From the human T2T-CHM13v2.0 reference genome, Homo sapiens, in NCBI RefSeq assembly GCF_009914755.1, contig NC_060940.1: DNA of 64,000 nucleotides; one strand, written 5' to 3'. Made by a program: the position numbers and the translations under genes. Below, piece by piece: positions 19,184 to 33,081 of the stretch. A model generated the notes under the pieces. It ran no database searches. It was given only the letters and a program-made list of their open reading frames with translations, and was not told the DNA's origin. Within the stretch, counting starts at the first letter, position 1. Each line of letters starts with the position of its first letter.

Positions 19184-19585
19184 CTCTCTTCCCTTGAAAT
19201 CCCTGCTCATCGCTAACATAAATTAGAATGTTTCTCAGGTGTCACAAGTCAGTGTGTATTAATGAGCCTCTCCAGAATTTAAGATTAGGAAAAAATCTGT
19301 TTTAAAAAATCTGGAAGGGACAAATACAAACAGAAGTGACATAGCCACCATGGAATCTAAAAAGAATGAGGAAGAGGAAAAAAAGGAAAGGGAAGGAGGA
19401 AGGATGGCCAAAAAGGAGAAAGAGGAAGGGAAAATGTCATTGATAAACTGAGTTCTTTCCCTACTCAGTATCTGTTGCAAAGAAAGAACATTCAATTTCG
19501 GGAGAGGTTGGGTAAAGGCAAGTAGATTTTATTCCTATTGGAGAATGGAGAAGGAGAGAGCTTTTGCTCTAAAGACAGCTTCTCC

Positions 19586-19907
19586 GGCTGGGTGCAGTGG
19601 CTCACACTTGTAATCCAAGCACTTTGGGAGGCCGAAGCGAGCGGATCACCTGAGGTCAGGAGTTCGAGACCAGCCTGGCCAACATGGGGAAACCCCCTCT
19701 CTGCCAAAAAAAAAAAAAAAAAAAAAACAGACCGGGTGTGGTGGCGGGTGCCTGTAATCCCAGCTACTCGGGAGGCTGAGGCATGAGAGTCACTTGAACC
19801 CGGGAGGTGGAGGTTGCAGTGAGCTGAGGTGTGCCACTATACTCCCGTCTGGGTGACAGAGTGGGACTCCGTCTCAATCAATCAATCAATCAATCAATAA
19901 AATAAAA
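19586..19907 (+). mobile_element. AluS with (TCAA)n tail
   Basis: Full dimer; TSD acagcttctcc. Confidence 0.94.
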
Positions 19908-19919
19908 ACAGCTTCTCCA

Positions 19920-20560
19920 CTAGAGATGGGAAGCTGGGGAATTGTGAGGAGTTAGATGTGGGGTGGGGAGGTATGTAATCATGTGAAGAGAGGAACCCCA
20001 GACATGAAGGTGCATCTCATAAACATGCCTTTTCATACCAGGTACATTCAGAAAATGGTGGTGATTTTCTCCTGTGGGTGGGGAGTTTAGTATTATGAGG
20101 ACATGTTAATGATCTAAAGGTAACAAGCAGTTGCTGGTTCCAGTTTGCCCCAGCCTTGAGCTGATTTATTGTCCTTTGGTAACTGGGGAAGGGTCCTGAA
20201 GCTCCTGCAGCCCCCTGGGGCATCTGGAGTTCTTTTAAGCAAACACACCTATAAATAAAGAGAATAGAAAAAAAAAACATGTTTAAGAAAAAATAATGAG
20301 CTTTCTTAGCTATCTATTGTTTAAGAAAATAATAAGCTTTCTCAGCTATATCTCCAGGGCTGCCCTGGTAATAAAAGGAGGAGTAGACAAAGAACAGAAT
20401 TTGGTGTGGTGTGTCCTCTGGAGCTGTCTCAGGCAGGCAGAGATGAAACCTGACCATTGTAAGTAAGTGTCTAGTTATTGAAAAGTTATTGGAGAGGGTT
20501 TTTCTTGGGCAACAGGAATCAACCAACAGGCTCCAGAATAGTCCAGATCCCACATTCCTC
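19920..20560. mobile_element. Probable old ERV1-type LTR, family not identified
   Basis: LTR-like composition (ggtgattttctcctgtgggtggggagtttagtattatg); recognition is weak. Confidence 0.35.
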
Positions 20561-21142
20561 AAGATCAACCAACCTTTTTTTTGTTTGGGTCTTGTGCCCT
20601 GCAAGCCACACTTTGGTAATTAATGTTCATTTTCTGGTGCCTAATCTTTGATATGCGTGCACCTGGCTACAACAGAGGAAGAATGACTGTTTCTAGCATT
20701 TGGTCACCCTGGACAAGTGGAATGGTCAGATATTGAATTTCTAACACTGTAAAGCCAAACCCTGGCTTCTAAGAAAACCATCACAATGCAGCCTTTTATG
20801 AAGTCCAATTTGAGGCTGCTTTCCTTCAGCTTTCTGAAGCCCCTGCTGGGAAGCTAACAGAGAGGGCAGCCGGGGAAGAGTGGTGAGGATGCTATTTACA
20901 GTTACGAGATCTGAGTCTGACATTATGAATGCTGTTACTGCCTACTCAGGGCCACAGGACTTAATTTCACCTCTCCCAGCCTGCTTTCCTATCTGTGCAA
21001 TAAAAATAATGACTTCAGTGTTTACCTGAGTGTCATGAGATAAAGCAGACACCTCTTACAGCGCCTGGTTCTTGGTAAATCATTAATGTTTCTTGAATGA
21101 AAAAAAAAAAAAACCTCAAGAATTCCTAAGGACACTTGATAG

Positions 21143-21481
<339 letters not shown>

Positions 21482-21650
21482 GAAATGTCTTTTATATGTA
21501 TTATATAAATTAGTGCATGATTAAATATATTCCAGTTGTTGGGAAATAGGGCCCCTTTATTGGAAAAAGAAGATACAGATATGAAAGAGGGAAGAGAGCA
21601 CCAGTCCCAGGGTATTGACTGGAATTAGGGTTATTAGTACGAATTCATAA

Positions 21651-21686
<36 letters not shown>
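21651..21686. repeat. (TG)n microsatellite
   Basis: Directly visible. Confidence 0.9.
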
Positions 21687-21687
<1 letters not shown>

Positions 21688-21860
21688 TTATTTAATAGCT
21701 TTGTCTATTAAAAAGTTCTGGAAACAATGACACCTCAGTAGTAATGAGCACAGCTGGTACTCGCTTGTTGGTTTCTAAAGTTCATTTCCCAATATAAGGG
21801 ACCAGGCCTCCTTAGAAAAAAGGTTGTGAGGCCGCAAAGCCATGTCCTCCATCCCTAGTG

Positions 21861-22398
21861 TGTGATGGTTAATTTTAGGTGTCAACTTGACTGGATGAAG
21901 GAATACCTAAAGTGAGGGTGTTTCCAGAAGAGATTAGCATATGTGTCTGAGTGAATTAAGTGGGGGAAGACTTGCCCTCAGTGTAGGCAGGCACCATCCA
22001 ATAGGATGGGGACCCCAGTAGACCAAAAACAGAGAAAAGAAGAGTTGATCTCTCTCTCCACTTATTTTATTTCCTTTCCTGCCTCAGATATCTGAACTCC
22101 AGGCTCCCCAGCCTTTGAACTCCAGGACTTATGCCAGTGACGCCATGGGTTCTCAGGTCTTTGGCTTTGGACTGAGAGCTACACCATTAGTTTCTCTGGT
22201 TCTGAGGCCTTTGGGCTTGGACTGAGCTTCCTGGAGTATTCCAGGGTCCCCAGCTTACAGACGACCTGTCATGGGATTTCTCAGCCTCCATAATCATATT
22301 ACCCAATTGCCCTAACAAATATCCTCTCTCTCCTCAATCAATCCATCCATCCATCCACCCTACTGGTTCAGTCTCTCTGAAGAACCCTGACTAATACA
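21861..22398 (+). mobile_element. MLT2 (ERVL) solo LTR
   Basis: tgtgatggttaattttaggtgtcaacttgactgg...gaagaaccctgactaataca. Confidence 0.9.
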
Positions 22399-23991
22399 CC
22401 AAGTTTCAACATTCAGAGGTGTCTACATGGCTCATCTACACTGTTGTCCCTTAGGAGCTGCAGCTTGGAGGACTTCAACACCGACTAGCGGGCCATCAAG
22501 AAGGAAGATCCTCTCCAAACTACAACAGGGGCTGCAGCCCTCCTCAGGCCCAACCGGATGGGAAACATGGCACTGTGGGGTGTGTTCATGGTGTGTGGGG
22601 CATGGATCCATAATGTGCTGATCAAGAGCCACTGCTGAGTAAGGTCCATAGGAGCACCGTGTGTATGCATGCGGGACACACTGGGGCAGTTGCAGATTCA
22701 GCACTGCTATGCGCAAGTTCAAAGTGACCTCTAGGCTGCAGCTTCGTAGCCTCGAATTGGAGCCAAATGCACCAGGAATGGCTACAATAGTATGTAGTTT
22801 TCACTGAACAAGCTTCCTTTCTTGACTTCCAATCCCACTGTAATCTAGGTGCTAATTTCACCTCAATCCTAAGGTGAATCGCAATGAATGAACAGAGCCA
22901 TGCATTCCAAATCTTTCTAGTTGTGAAACTACTCATGTAAAATTCTTTCTAAGGTTCTTGTTATAGGGCCTTGTTAAAGGGAGTCAACCAAAATCCTGTC
23001 CCTACTGAAATACTAGCCATGATACATAGCAGAAGAGGGAAGAAAGTCTAAATCATTTTAGAAGAAAGACAAAATAAAATTCTGTTTCTGGACTCTTTTC
23101 ATGGACTTCTTAGCAACCACAAAATACTGTCACTCTGCTACTCTCTACGAATGTAATAATATGGAAGCACAAATAAGTCACATCGAAAAAATCTACAGTT
23201 ACAGAGCATCATCTGAAAATTATAATCCTATCAAGTTCCCACACCGAGCAGTGAGTTGTCTCTGTAAAGTTCTGCAGCATTCCCATGGCCAGTTGTGAGG
23301 CAGAAAAAATCACTGCATTCTGAACACTAAAAGAGGCTCAGAGTCAAATGATGGCATTATATGATACTCAGACGGTGGTGACATGAGTTACTGGATTTGA
23401 GCACTCACTGGGTTTCAGCTGTTATTCCAGAGAAGCCCTGAATTTTTCTTTATTTCCAACATTCCCTTAATTATACCCTCCCATTTATTCTGACAGTGAG
23501 CTCCACGTTTTGCCAATACCCAGAAAGTATGCCCTTGGCGTTCTAATTGGGGTTGCACGAATTAGTGACTTTGCCTGCATTTCTTTATCACTCACAGTGA
23601 GCCTGAAATGCCCCTTTACCCTTAATTTTCCAGAGCCCTGGGGGTGTTTTTGCCATCTGGCGTTCAAGACTTCCCGCTGAGCCCTTCCCTTCCCCTGTGC
23701 CCACTGGGGCTTGGATCTGCCCCTTGAAAGGCATGGTCTATGCTTCCAACCTGCACACAACTGGTCAAAGCAGATGCATACTCACAATCACTAGGGACCC
23801 TTCTTCAAGCGAATGATATTTACAATTTCTCACCATGAAAGTCCCTCATAATCTCCATGTTTCCAAACAGTGTACCAGGTGAACACAGCTTAAAGAACAG
23901 CAAATTTTCAGATCATGGAAAGTGAAAAAGATGTGGGAGCAGAGGTCCTGGATTCAATGCCAAGTTTATCATCACCTTAGAATATGATGCT

Positions 23992-24307
23992 GGCTGGGCG
24001 TGGTGGCTCATGCCTGTAATCCCAGCACTTTGGGAGGCCGAGGTGGAAGGATCACCTGAGGTCGGGAGTTCAAGACCAGCCTGACCAACCTGGAGAAACC
24101 CCGTCTCCACTAAAAAATACAAAATTAGCCAGGTGTGGTGGTGCATGCCTGTAATTCCAGCTACTTGGGAGGCTGAGGCAGGAGAATCACTTGAACCCAG
24201 GAGGCGGAGGTTGCAGTGAGCCAAAGGTTGCAGTGAGCCGAGATTGCGGCATTGCACTCTCACGTGGGCAACAAGAGCGAAACTCCATATCAATCAATCA
24301 ATAAAAA
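23992..24307 (+). mobile_element. AluS with internal 17-bp duplication
   Basis: TSD agaatatgatgct; aggttgcagtgagcc repeated. Confidence 0.95.
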
Positions 24308-24319
24308 AGAATATGATGC

Positions 24320-24530
24320 TAAAAACAGCAAATCACACAGGGTTTAACATGTGCTAAGAGTTTAAAATGAATTCATTTCATTTAGCCTGTACGACTTTCA
24401 TTTATTTTAGAGATGAGAAAGTCAAGGAACCCAAATGTTAATTAGGTAACAGGTCCAAGGTACACAGCAGGTAAGGTGCAGAATGAGACTAGTTCCCAGG
24501 CATCTGGCTCCGCACCTGAGCTGTCAACCA
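24320..24530 (-). mobile_element. MIR
   Basis: ttattttagagatgagaaa...ccaaggtacacagc...cccaggcatctggctcc. Confidence 0.65.
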
Positions 24531-25199
24531 CTTCTCCAAGTTGTGTGATTCAGAGCTTGTTTGAAAGCCAGCTTCCTCATGTTTGAATGTAATTCCTGTA
24601 GTAGAGATTAACCATATGGGAAGTTAACTGGGATAAACAAAACATTGCGTAAGTTTATATGACACTCTGTGCTTCAGGCATTGGGTGCCTCACAAATATT
24701 TGCAAACACAATCAGGCAAGAGCTGATAAATGCCTCTGCATGGCGGCCTCGTCACTAGGAATTACCCAAACCAGTCAAATGGCCTCGATCCCTGGGGTTC
24801 AGAGGCCTTTTCTTAAACACAAAAACCCTTAAGCTCTTTGCTGCTCAACTGTGGTTCAGCAAGCGATTTGCTACCCAACCATCTATCTTTTTTTAAGCAT
24901 CTTCTTCCTCTTTTACCTGCAACTGGCCTTACCATTCATCCCCATGATCCCCACTGACATAGAATCTTGAGACTCACTGGCAGGGGCTGGACACAAAGGA
25001 GCCAGTGAGAAACCCACATATGAGGGTGGTACAGACTCTAGGAAAAAGCCAGAGTGTCTCAAGGAATGTTCAGGCAGTTGGGAGCCTAGGTAGGTGCCAA
25101 GGAGGTACCCCCAGGTCTATGGGTCCTGCCCTGGGAGGCCCTGAACAGCCTTACTCTGATGTGTGGGCAGGTCTGAGATCTCAGAGGTCTTCTCACTGG

Positions 25200-25790
25200 A
25201 TTCACTTGTCCATTTCTTGCTCGCTTTCCCAAAGCCTTAATGAGTGCCTCCCATGTGCAAGGCAGGAGAGAGGACTCAGTGGTGACTGAGATAAACCTTC
25301 TGCCTTAACAACCTTTACAGTTGAGCGGGCAATGCAGACAATACATGAGGGAAAACCATGGAAACAAAATGATTTTAGAGAGGATGAGCACTACGAGGCC
25401 ATAAATAGGGTGAAGGTAAAGAGGGATACAGTAAGCACATCACTAGTCTGTGGTGGCCAGGAAAGGGCACTTCAGAAAATAGGAGCAGAGCTCGTGTCTA
25501 AATGAAAGAGGCAGCCACTCGCCTATCTGGGAAAGGTGTTCTTGGCAGAGGAAATAGTGCAGGGTCCTTAGATGAAAGGGAGTTTGGTATGTTAGGGAAA
25601 CAGAGGTAAGGTCAGTGGTCAGATAGGATGGGCTTGGGCAGACACACTCAAGAACTAGGGCATGTAAGGTATCGTTGAGGAGAGTTAGGAGCACAGATTT
25701 GAGTTTCAGTCAAGTTGGAGACACGGGAGGGCTTTGAGAACCGTGGTCTCATGATCTCATGTATTTTATTGAAAAATTATGCTGGATGCA
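25200..25790 (-). mobile_element. L2 fragment, copy 1 of a local duplication
   Basis: aatgagtgcctcccatgtgcaaggc...gttcttggcagaggaaatagtgc...ggagggctttgag, typical L2 antisense. Confidence 0.6.
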
Positions 25791-26215
25791 TGGTTATGTA
25801 GGTGAGATGGGGTGGGGAGATAGTTCGGGATGGGGAAAAATAAACCCTGACTGATACTAGTGGGACAAGTGTGTCACTTGATGAGGAGAGGGAACAGGAA
25901 GGAGCGAGAGTCTCTGCCTGGAAACTCTCAGATTCTTGAAAGTCTGGCTCACTTCCAGCTGCAGAATCTGAATTGAAGGCACCTGGAAAACCCAATACTG
26001 TGTTTAAGTCTCACGGCAGCCCTGCTATGCAGCAGTGGTAACATAACTCAGTTTCATAGGGTCAGTCATGGGAAATTGGGCCTACACTCTGGTCTGTGCC
26101 TCTGGGCCAACTATCTTGGCCCTGCCCTGAAGGAAGCCAGAGTTCTAGTCAGTCCATGGTCATCAGACCCATCTGTTAGTGGATTGACTGGGTGGTGTCA
26201 TCCAGAAGGAAGAAG

Positions 26216-26579
26216 GGTATATTAGTCTGTTCTTATGCTGCTATAAAGACATACCTGAGACTGGGTAATTCATAAAGGAAAGAGGTTTAATTGACTTACA
26301 GTTCTGCATGTCTGGGTCTGGGAAGTTCTCAGGAAACTTACAATCATGGTGGAAGGGGAAGCAGGCACTTCTTACATGGTAGCAGGTGAGAGAGAGTATG
26401 TATGAGTGTAGGAAAAACTACCATTTATAAAACCATTGGATCTAGTGAGAATCTATTCACTATCACAAGAACAGCATGGGGAAAACTGCCCCTATAATCC
26501 AATCACTTACCTCCCTCAACACATGGGGATTACAATTTGAGATGAGATCTGGGTGGGGACACAGAGCCAAACCATATCA
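26216..26579 (-). mobile_element. MaLR LTR (THE1/MST-like)
   Basis: gtattagtctgttcttatgctgctataaag...acagagccaaaccatatca. Confidence 0.9.
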
Positions 26580-27029
26580 GAGGGGGCAACACAGGAAGGC
26601 TGGCAGCTTGGTGTCTGAGGTCTTTTCCAACCCCGAGTCCAGTTTTATAAATGGGATGGGGAGAGGAATCCTGTGTTTTGTGAGTTGTGGGCCTAAGGAA
26701 TATTATCGATGACACCCAGGGAAGAGCTGATTGTTAAGCACTTGCAGGTCCTTTGTATTGTTAAGGACAATCCAAGTCAGTGAAATAATCTCAGCCTCTG
26801 AGGACCAGTAGCTTTTCCATTAACACAAAAGCACCAAAGGTCTTCCCTGCTCAACACTGTGGTGCAGGAGGCCAGTGGCTATCCTACCATGTCTTTTTCC
26901 TTAACACCTCTTTCCTCTTTTCCCACAAACTTGAGCTTCCCCTGCCTTCTATATAAACTGCATTAATGAGTGGCTGTCTTGTGCTACCCAGAGGGAGTAA
27001 GATAATCTCTCTGCCACACCAGCCCATAT

Positions 27030-27880
27030 GGTGCAGAGGATGATGCAGAAAATACACAAGGAATAAACACAGAAATATGATGATTCAGAAAGGATGAGTG
27101 CTATGAGGTAATAAATCGGACCAAAGGAATAGAAAATGTGTTAGTTCGTTCTCATACTGCTATAAAGAACTGCTCAAGACTGAGTAATTTATAAAAGAAA
27201 GAGGTTTAATTGACTCTGAGTTCTGCATGGCTGGGGAGGCCTCAGGAAGCTTACAATCATGGTGGAAGGTGAACGGGAAGCAAGGCACCTTCTTCACAAG
27301 GTGGCAGGAGGGATAGTGAATACAGGAAGAACTACCACTTATAAAACCATCGGATCTCGTGAGAACTCACTTACTATCATGAGAACAGTATGGGGGAAAC
27401 TGCACCCATGAATCAATGACCTCCACCTGGTCTCTCTCTTAACACATGGGGTTATGGGGATTACAAGGGGGATTCAAGATGAGATTTGGGTGGGATCACA
27501 GAGCCTAACCATATCAGAGAGGGATGAGGAAGCACCATCACTAAGCTACAGTGGTCAGGAAAGGGCACTTTAAGAAGACGTGATTAGAGTTGGTATCTAA
27601 ATGAAGGAGGCAGCCATCACATATGTGGTGTAAAGGTATTCTCAGCAGAGGAAATGCCCAGTGCAAAATTCTGAGACTTAGTGAGCCTGCCATGCTAACT
27701 GGACAAAATCGTGGTCAGTGGAGTCACAGGAGGTGCTTGGGTAGGTATACACCTGCAAGGACCAGGGCATGGACAACCTCATGGGCCAGGAGAGCATAGA
27801 TTTGAGTCTCAGTGTAAGTTGTAGGCACTGGAGGGCTTTGAGCAGCATGGCCCATGGTCTTATTTATGGTTTTTAAATGC
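27030..27880 (-). mobile_element. L2 fragment, copy 2, interrupted by MaLR LTR
   Basis: Colinear homology to 25340-25790. Confidence 0.6.
27137..27516 (-). mobile_element. MaLR LTR (THE1/MST-like)
   Basis: tgtgttagttcgttctcatactgctataaagaac...cctaaccatatca. Confidence 0.9.
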
Positions 27881-29137
27881 TGACATTGGCCTCACAGTCG
27901 TAAAGGTGAGACAGTTCAGGGAGGAGATAGGGAAAGGGTTGATTACTTAGCCTTTGTGGTCCTTCCAACTCTCAGTCCAGGCTTGTGATGGGGCAGAGAG
28001 GACACAGAACAGGGAAGAGAATCAGGGATCCTCGAAAAGTGTTCACATAATTTTGTCTGGGGCTGGTCCTCACTGAAGAGTGTTGGCTTTGACCTGTAAA
28101 CCCACTTGAGACACCCTTCAGAGTCAAGGTTAAGGTGGCTTCCCGGTGTACACCCCAAGGGAGTTTGGGGTGAGAAGGAAGCTTGTGCTCTCAGGGTTAA
28201 ATATAATTTGCATTTACATCATGCACATTTTAAAACTGCAATCCTAAACATTGTAATCCTATCAGGTCTTCTTTCGAGATGTGTAATTATTAATACATTA
28301 AATTATGGCAATAAAACCAATAGAGAAACAAATAAAATTATTTAAAAAGTAAGTTGGAATAAAATAGTTGCTGTTTTCCTGAATTATTTTAGAGGCTTTG
28401 CTAAAAACAACATAAAACTGTAATTATGCTACTTACAAATAGAATAAAATGGAAGTAATTAATTTATTAGTGTTGTTATTGAAATAATCTACAGGCAGAG
28501 CACATTATGAAGCAGAATCCTGTCTTTTTTCATCTTATACATGATATAATCACTCACTGGCAATAAAACTAAAATAGAAAATATGAAAATTATTGTAGAG
28601 CAGAGGAAAAGGGCTCTTGTGGTTGTGGTTGTGTAGTAGCATGCTCAGTGGGAGGTGGGATCTATCCAGGGGTGACTCACTTTCGTTTTCAGGCTGAGTG
28701 GACAGTGCTTGGTGTCCAACATTTCTTGTGGCCAGAGGAGAATGGGGAGGATGTGTCCAGCCAGGGAAGCTCCCTGGTGAAAAGGATTCCTAGGCAATTG
28801 TGTCCTGGATTTCTGGAACAGGGGAAGAGCAGAGGTTTCTTTTCTTAGGACCTGTCCCTTTAAGACTCTCTAAACATCTGAGGTCTGACAAGGGGAGGAG
28901 GTGGAGGACCAGGGCCTGGACCAGTGGAACTGTGGTCTAGTGGTCATGTTGAATAGAAGGAAGGTCCTGAGCTGTGGCAGCCAGCACCAGGAGCATCAGG
29001 TCATGCTCTTTGTGGACCTTGTGAAGGATCTGTTGAGTCAGGGTGGAGTTGACCTGAGGGAGGCCTCTTTCTCCTGGGATCCTGACCTTGGGAGGAATGC
29101 TGGGTCTCCCATGAGTCACAGCTTGGTGTTCCTCTTT

Positions 29138-30170
<1,033 letters not shown>

Positions 30171-30490
30171 GCATTTCCTTTTCTTAAGATACAAAGATGT
30201 GTCTTAGCCAACAGAGCTCTCAACTCATTGTCATGGGATTTTCTGTCATGGGAAATAAGCTGCTTTGATAATAACCTGTGATTCTTTCAAATTTTTCTGA
30301 AAGCATTTTGGTTTGTATTTTGTAGGTGTCCATCTCTTCACAGTCATGGCTGATCTTGTCATCCACTTTTGGGAGATTCTCCTGTATCTGGGCAGGGTAT
30401 GCCTTCTCTACATCAGGTATCTAGTAAAAATTATTATTTTTGGATGCAGTTGAAGGAGGACTTGAATTTTCCACTGGAGCTGTTGCATTG

Positions 30491-30810
30491 CCTTCCCTTC
30501 CCCTCCCTTGCCTTCCCTTCCCTTCCCTTCCTTTCCCTTCCCTCCCTTCTTTCTTTCCCTCTTTCCTTCCATTCTTCCTTTCTTTTCCCTTCCTCCTTCC
30601 ATCCCTCCCTCCCTCCTTCCTTCCTTCTTTTCTTCCCTCCCTCCCTCCTTCCTCTCTTCCTTTCCTTCCATTTTTCCTTTCATTCCCTCTCTCCCCTACC
30701 TCCTCCCTCCCTCCCTCCCTTCCTTCCTTCCCTCCTTCGTTCCTTCCTTCCTTCTTTCCTTCCTTCTTTCGTTCCTACCCTCCCTCCCTCCCTCTTTCCT
30801 CCCTTCCTGT
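30491..30810. repeat. Polypyrimidine low-complexity tract (CCCTT/CCTT/CCCT)n
   Basis: Directly visible, nearly pure C/T. Confidence 0.95.
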
Positions 30811-31010
30811 CTGCCTGCTCTCTGCCAGAGTACTCTTGTCCTCTTTCTTTTCTGGCTCTGTGCCCTCAACTCTGGAAGGTCTCATGCTGTGAGGGACTTC
30901 TCCTCACCTGTGATCCTGCTAAAGCACTGTCCGAATAAAACTCATTGTTTGTTACTGCCACTCCAAGGTCGTATCTTTTTCCTTATTATCTGTGAAATCC
31001 TGTGAACTCT
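30811..31010 (+). mobile_element. Old LTR 3' fragment, family uncertain
   Basis: aataaaactcattgtttgttactgcc, an LTR R/U5-like ending. Confidence 0.35.
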
Positions 31011-31051
31011 GTACTCATCCTATGTCCTTCCTAGGACGGGCATAAATGTAG

Positions 31052-31385
<334 letters not shown>

Positions 31386-31539
31386 CTTTATCTCTACTTT
31401 TGGCCAGAAGCAATCCAGTTAACACTCTATCATATATTATTCCTCCTACTGTTTTCTCCTCTCTAAATTCTTCAGCTTTGGCTGTTTGCCCATTAGTCAC
31501 TGCCTGGGAGTTTTCAACTTTTAAAATTTGTGACAACAT

Positions 31540-31845
31540 TGTTAGGTCATTAAGATGGGTCCTCATCCGATGTAACTGGCGTTCTTACAAGAAGCAGGGA
31601 AATGACGTGGCGGAGACACAGGAGGGGGAAATACCGCGTGATGATGGAGTTAAAGACAGGAGTTATGCAGCTGCAAGCCAAGAACACCAAGGGCTGCTGG
31701 TGACAGCAAGCGAGGAGGGAGCCTGGCCCTGCTGGCATCTTGATTCAGACTTCCAGCCCCTACCACTCTGAGAGAATAAATTCCTGTTGTTTTAAGCCAC
31801 CCAGTTTAGGGTGCTTTGTTGCAGCCGCCTTAAGAAAGGAATACA
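31540..31845 (+). mobile_element. MLT1 (MaLR) LTR, partial
   Basis: gagagaataaattcctgttgttttaagccacccagttt...aggaataca. Confidence 0.85.
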
Positions 31846-32186
31846 TCGTATCATTCCCAGAAACTGCTTGAGTCCCAGGGTTTGAGACTGGAAAGTGCTG
31901 AGCCTCCCTCACTACCAGATGCCACCTTGGCGAGGGTGAGTAGGTAGGAAAGGCTGAGCAGTGACCCCACATTCATGTGCTATGGCACATTTGAGAACAT
32001 ACCAAACAGGAAATGAAACTGATGTGAAACAGAAATTTCCGTCATAAAAACAATTTGCATGAAACGTTCACTGTACTAAAAAAGTAGATGATTTAGGACA
32101 ATTTTAACTTTTACCCTGAAAATAAATGTTTAAACCATTCATGATGAAACGGTAAGATGACAGTGTACTATTGGATCCAATGGGAC

Positions 32187-32193
32187 TGTATGT

Positions 32194-32236
<43 letters not shown>
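32187..32236. repeat. (TG)n microsatellite
   Basis: About 20 uninterrupted TG units. Confidence 0.95.
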
Positions 32237-32240
<4 letters not shown>

Positions 32241-32341
32241 TTTGCGATCACATTCATTTGACATGCAGGTTGAATAAGTGAGTCACTCTCCCCAGTACAC
32301 GGGGGCTGCCTCTCCTAGCAGCAAATTTTCTCATTGGTTAC

Positions 32342-33081
<740 letters not shown>

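Noticed and set aside
30326-30397. Plus-strand exon-like segment (ttttgtag...gtatgc)
   Set aside because: Better explained as the antisense of the CTAGE retrocopy; no partner exons recognised.
30369-31005. Long Pro/Ser/Phe/Leu-rich and Gly/Arg/Glu-rich ORFs
   Set aside because: Artefacts of a stop-free polypyrimidine tract; only the tail QQLQWKIQVL belongs to the pseudogene.
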